Below are positions 59,900 to 64,000 of a DNA stretch of 64,000 nt, one piece after another. Every line of letters begins with the position of its first letter. Position 1 is the first letter of the stretch. The stretch is from Malacoraja senta (taxonomy: Eukaryota), in contig JAXLNO010003642.1 of NCBI GenBank assembly GCA_038087875.1, positions 186,001 through 250,000 on the forward strand, written 5' to 3'. Both the position numbers and the translations under genes were made by a program. The notes under the pieces are model-generated. The model was not told where the DNA came from, did no database searches, and saw only the letters and a program-made list of their open reading frames with translations.

Positions 59900-60680
59900 T
59901 AGGGTCAGGGAGGGGGGTGTGTGTGAATCAGTGCGGGGTGGATAGATGGCGGGGGTGGGGGGTTAGAAGGCAGTCGGTGCAGAATGGATGGATTGAGGCA
60001 GGTGAATTAGTACGTGTTGGTTGGAGTAGGTAAAATTGTGAGGGGAGAGCATGGGGGATGTCAGTGGTGTTGAATGGGGGGGGGGGGTTCAGTGCGGGAT
60101 GGATGGGGGTAGACAAAAGTGCTGGAGAAACTCAGCGGGTGAGGCAGCATCTATTGAGCGAAGGAAATAGGCAACGTTTCGGGTTGAGACCCTTCTTCAG
60201 ACTGTTCCCCCCATTCTTCTTGAATGGTAGGATCAGTACAGGATGGATGGGGGGGTGATATCAGCGCAGGATGAATGGGGGGGGGTCAGTACAATGTGGA
60301 TCGGAGGGTGTGTAGGATGAATGGGGGATCACTACAGGATGAAGGGGGGAAGGTGCAGGGTAAATGGAGGGTGGGTCAGTACGGGATGAATGCGTGGATT
60401 AGTACAGGATGGATGGAGGAGAAGTGCAGGATGGATGGGAACGGCGTAAGTACAGGGTGAATTGGGGAACCAGTGTAGGATGGATGGGGGGGGGGTGGCA
60501 GGGGAATCAATGCGAGGTGGATAGGGTGATCAGCGCAGGATGAATAGATGGGGGGGGGGTAGATGTGGAGGGGAGCACAGGGGATGTCAGTGAGGACTGA
60601 ATAGAGGCGGGAATGGGGATCAGTGCGGGATGGAGTGGAGGGGTCCCAGGATAAGGGGGTGGAGAGGGCGAGGTGGGGAG
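59900..60680 (+). repeat. Degenerate G-rich low-complexity repeat (GGATG(G/A)ATGGGGG...TCAGTRCA)
   Basis: Recurrent caggatggatgggggg / tcagtgc(a/g)ggatg units with many G-runs. Confidence 0.6.
60173..60200 (-). ncRNA. Minimal hammerhead motif, Penelope tail copy
   Basis: Reverse complement CTGAAGA-A-GGGT(CTCA)ACCC-GAAAC-GTT. Core and stem II are intact. Confidence 0.5.
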
Positions 60681-60922
60681 GAAGGAAGGTCAGCGCTCCT
60701 CGGACAACATCGCCCCGCTGCCTTGGCCGTTGGGAACTCCTCGCCACCGCCTCCCTCCTCCGCCAGCCAACAGCAAGGTGCGGGGCCGAGTGGTGCAGCT
60801 CAAAGATCCTATAGCTATAAGATCTTTGATGCAACTGCTTCAGACGAGTCGAAGCGAATGACGGGCGTCGCACAGCGGCAGCAGCGGTCGCGACAGCGGC
60901 TCCGTCTCCTCCTCCCACCTCC

Positions 60923-61110
60923 CCGCCCGGCCTGATAAGGGCCTCTGCTTGTAAACCCGCTAACGGCGATAACTGCTTTCAAAACAAGGCCTACCCCTGC
61001 CGAGGCCTACCCCTGCCTCCTCCCGGCCTCGCCGTGCGGGAGGGTTTGTTTTGAAAGCGGTTATCGCCGTTAGCGGGTTTACAAGCAGCGGCCCTTATCA
61101 GGGCGGGCGG
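60923..61110. repeat. 65-bp inverted repeat (3 mismatches) with a 58-nt loop
   Basis: Arms at 60923-60987 and 61046-61110. The loop contains a duplicated AGGCCTACCCCTGCC. Confidence 0.9.
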
Positions 61111-61997
61111 GGGGCGGGAGGAGGCAGCTATGTAGCCGCTGCTGCCACTGTTCGGGGCCCGTCTTTCACTCCGACCCTTCCTCACCCCGCACCTAGTATC
61201 TGCCCCGCAATACAGCCGTCACCGCCGACACAAAACATCGCGTTCCTTTTCTCCAGAGATGCTGCCTGACCCGCGGAGTTACTCCAGTTTTTTGTGTCTA
61301 TCTTCGGTACAAACCAGTATCTGGTTGCCAAGCCGGGCAAAATGACTCGGTGTTTAGGTTGCCCGGTGGCGCTTTGAGTGGTCAGTGGCACCCGGGCAAC
61401 TTCTAATTTCGAGCCCTGCAGTGAAGAAAGCGAATGGTATGTTAGCATTCATAGCAAAAGGACTTGAGTATAGGAGCAGGGAGGTTCTACCGCAGTTGTA
61501 CAGGGTCTTGGTGAGACCACACCTGGAGTATTGCGTATAGTTTTGGTCTCCAAATCTGAGGAAAGACATTCTTCCCATAGAGGGAGTACAGAGAAGGTTC
61601 ACCAGACTGATTCCTGGCAGGACTTTCATATGAAGAAAGATTGGATAGACTCGGCTTGTACTCGCTAGAATTTTGAAGATTGAGGGGGGATCTTATAGAA
61701 ACTTACAAAATTTTTAAGGGGTTGGACAGGCTAGATGCAGGAAGATTGTTCCCGATGTTGGGGAAGTCCAGAACATGGGGTCACAGTTTAAGGATAAAGG
61801 GGAAGTCTTTTAGGACCGAGATGAGAAAAACATTTTTCACAGAGGGAGTTAGATGCGGCCCTTGTGGCTAAAGGGATCAGGGGGTATGGAGAGAAGGCAG
61901 GTACAGGATACTGAGTTGGATGATCAGCCATGATCATATTGAATGGTGGTACAGGCTCGAATGGCCTACTCCTGCACCTATTTTCTATGTTTCTATG

Positions 61998-62388
61998 TTA
62001 AGGGGGGACTTGATAGAGGTCTTTAAAATGGTGAGAGGGATAGCCAGAGTTGACGTGGATAAGCTTTTTCCATTGAGAGTAGTAGGGAAGATTCAAACAA
62101 GAGGACATGATTTGAGAATTAAGGGACAGAAGTTTAGGGGTAACATGAGGGGGGAACTTCTTTACTCAGAGAGTGGTAGCTGTGTGGAATGAGCTCCCAG
62201 TGGAAGTGGTGGGTGCAGGTTCGATTTTATCATTTAAAAAAAAATTGGATAGGTATATGGACGGGAAAGTAATGGAGGGTTATGGTCTGAGTGCAGGTAG
62301 ATGGGACTAGGGTAGAATAAGTGTTCAGCACGGACTAGAAGGGCCGAGATGGCCCGTTTCCGTGCTGTAATTGTTATATGGTTATATG
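61998..62388 (+). mobile_element. CR1 3' fragment, different subfamily
   Basis: LRGDLIEVFKMVRGIARVD...TRGHDLRI; (GTTATATG)n tail. Confidence 0.8.
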
Positions 62389-63905
62389 GAGGCGTTTGCC
62401 TGACCGTAGCAGCTGGAACAGTCCGTTGCAGGGGTGGAAGGGGTCTCCCATGATCTTGTTGGCTCTGGAGTTGAACCTCCTGATGTATAGTTCCTGCAGG
62501 GGGGCGAGTGTAGTTCCCATAGTGCGTTCGGCCGAGCCTTCTTGTCCTGGGCAGAGCAGTTCCCAAACCAAATCGTGATATTTCCTGACAAGATACTTTC
62601 CACAGCCGCTGAGTAGAAGCACTGGAGGATCCTCAGAGACACTCTGAATTTCCTCAATTGCCTGAGGTGGTAAAGGCGCTGCCTTGCCTTACTCACCAGT
62701 GCTGCAGCGTGTGATGTCCATGTCAAATCCTCAGAGATGTGGACTCCCAGGTATTTAAAACAGCTCACCCTATCCACAGTATCCCCATTTATCCTCAATG
62801 GTGTGTATGTCCTCGGATGATGTGTCCTCCTAAAGTTCACGATCAGCTCCTTAGTTTTTTTGATATTCAAGAGGAGGCTGTTGTCCTGACACCAGTGCCA
62901 GATCAGCCACCTCTTCCCGGTAGGCCTTCTCATTATTTTCAGTGATCTGGCCCACCACCACAGTGTCATCAGCAAACTTGATTATCGATTTGGAGCTGAA
63001 CCTAGCCACACAGTCATGGGTGCACAGGGAGTACAGTAGGGGGCTGAGGACCTAACCCTGGGGGGATCCTGTGCTAAGGATGAGGGACTTCGATATATTT
63101 CCTCCCAGCTTGACTACATGGGGCCTGGCGTTGAGAAAATCCAGGACCCAGGCACACAGGGGAGTGTTGAGCCCTAATTCCAGCAGCTTCTCGGCTAGTC
63201 TGGTGGGGACTATCGTGTTGAAGGCTGAACTGAAGTCTCTGAACAGCATCCTCACATAGCCCCCTTCTGGCTGTCAAGGTGAGAGAGAGCGGTGTGCAGA
63301 ACCTGGGAGACCGCATCGTCCGTGGATCTGTTCGGACGGTATGCGAATTGTAACGGGTCCATGTGAGGGAGGAAGGCGCGGATGTGTTTCTTGACTAGCC
63401 TCTCAAAGCATTTCATGACTACCGAGGTGAGTGCCACTGGACGGTAGTCATTCAGACAAGCTGGGGAGGCATTTTTATGTACAGGTACAATGATGGATCT
63501 TTTGAAACAGGCAGGGACCACGGACTTGTCCAGGGAGAGGTTGAATATTGTAGTGAGCACCGGAGCTAGCTGCGTAGCACAGGACTTAAGTACTCGCCCC
63601 GAGATGCCATCTGGGCCTACAGCGTTCCCCGTGTTCACCCGTGTCAGAGCCCACCTCACATCGTGCTCGGACAACAAGAATGTGTGCACATTCCTCCCTT
63701 CAGCTTCGTTAGCCAGCACGCTGGCGGTGTTGTCGACAGTCGGCAAACCTGGGGTGATGTTGCCCGACTCGAAACGAGCGTAGAAGGAGTTCAGGTCATC
63801 AGCTAGGGAGTTGCCGGCACTTCCGGTTGAGGGGGGCGCTGCTCCGGTAGTGGGTTACAGTCCGTAGCCCCTGCCACAGGCGTCTGGTGTCCTGCTGCTC
63901 CCTCT
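62389..63905 (-). mobile_element. Rex1/Babar-clade LINE RT fragment
   Basis: [98 protein letters not shown]. Frameshifted. Confidence 0.9.
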
Positions 63906-64000
63906 GAGGACCATGACTACCCGACAGTGACAGTGTGACACTTTTAGATCCTACTGTATGTTGTCATTAAACAGTTGGTTTTAAAATACATATTGGATTC

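Larger units (their letters stand above)
59217..61418. mobile_element. Composite non-autonomous DNA transposon with CAGGGCTC termini and a 5-bp TSD (hAT5-like)
   Basis: TIR CAGGGCTC / GAGCCCTG and TSD CAGTG (59212-59216 and 61419-61423). Subterminal CCGGGCAA motifs occur at both ends. Confidence 0.7.
58975..61998 (+). mobile_element. CR1 fragment (58975-59216, resuming 61419-61998), split by the 2.2-kb DNA element
   Basis: gcaggtgcagcaggcagtg | cagtgaagaaagcgaatggtatg restores the CR1 [12 protein letters not shown] segment. 3' tail atgtttctatgtt. Confidence 0.8.

Overview
Vertebrate, repeat-dense genomic DNA. The repeat content (tRNA-head SINEs with (GTTTA)n tails, abundant CR1, Penelope tails) suggests a cartilaginous fish, probably a skate or ray; this is inference. 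Host genes: (1) the 3' half of an MHC class I-like gene A (Ig-C1/alpha3 exon 2639-2905, TM exon 6696-6802, possible cytoplasmic exon 8268-8297). (2) A second, very divergent class I-like gene B (alpha3 exon 29528-29800, TM+cytoplasmic exon 37472-37644, and a possible decayed alpha2 exon split by an L2 at 21799-22604). (3) A decaying C2H2 zinc-finger gene (43287-44374). Mobile elements: a near full-length L1 carrying a nested antisense L1 fragment; a DIRS1-type YR retrotransposon with intact ITR/ICR structure; two RT-less Gypsy LTR derivatives (one with a 32-nt tRNA-Leu copy at its deletion junction, one with a 42-bp fold-back at a gag-integrase fusion); several hAT-like elements, three of which enclose CpG-island/promoter-like DNA; Academ-like and THAP fold-back elements; Penelope fragments with minimal hammerhead-ribozyme motifs; and CR1, L2 and Rex1/Babar LINE fragments. 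A ~6.7-kb minisatellite (51297-58035) built from a 68-74-bp antisense piece of CR1 ORF2 explains all the very long ORFs in the track and is bracketed by promoter-like CpG islands. No rRNA, full tRNA or CRISPR array was found. All alignments were done by eye, and SINE/LINE fragment boundaries are approximate.
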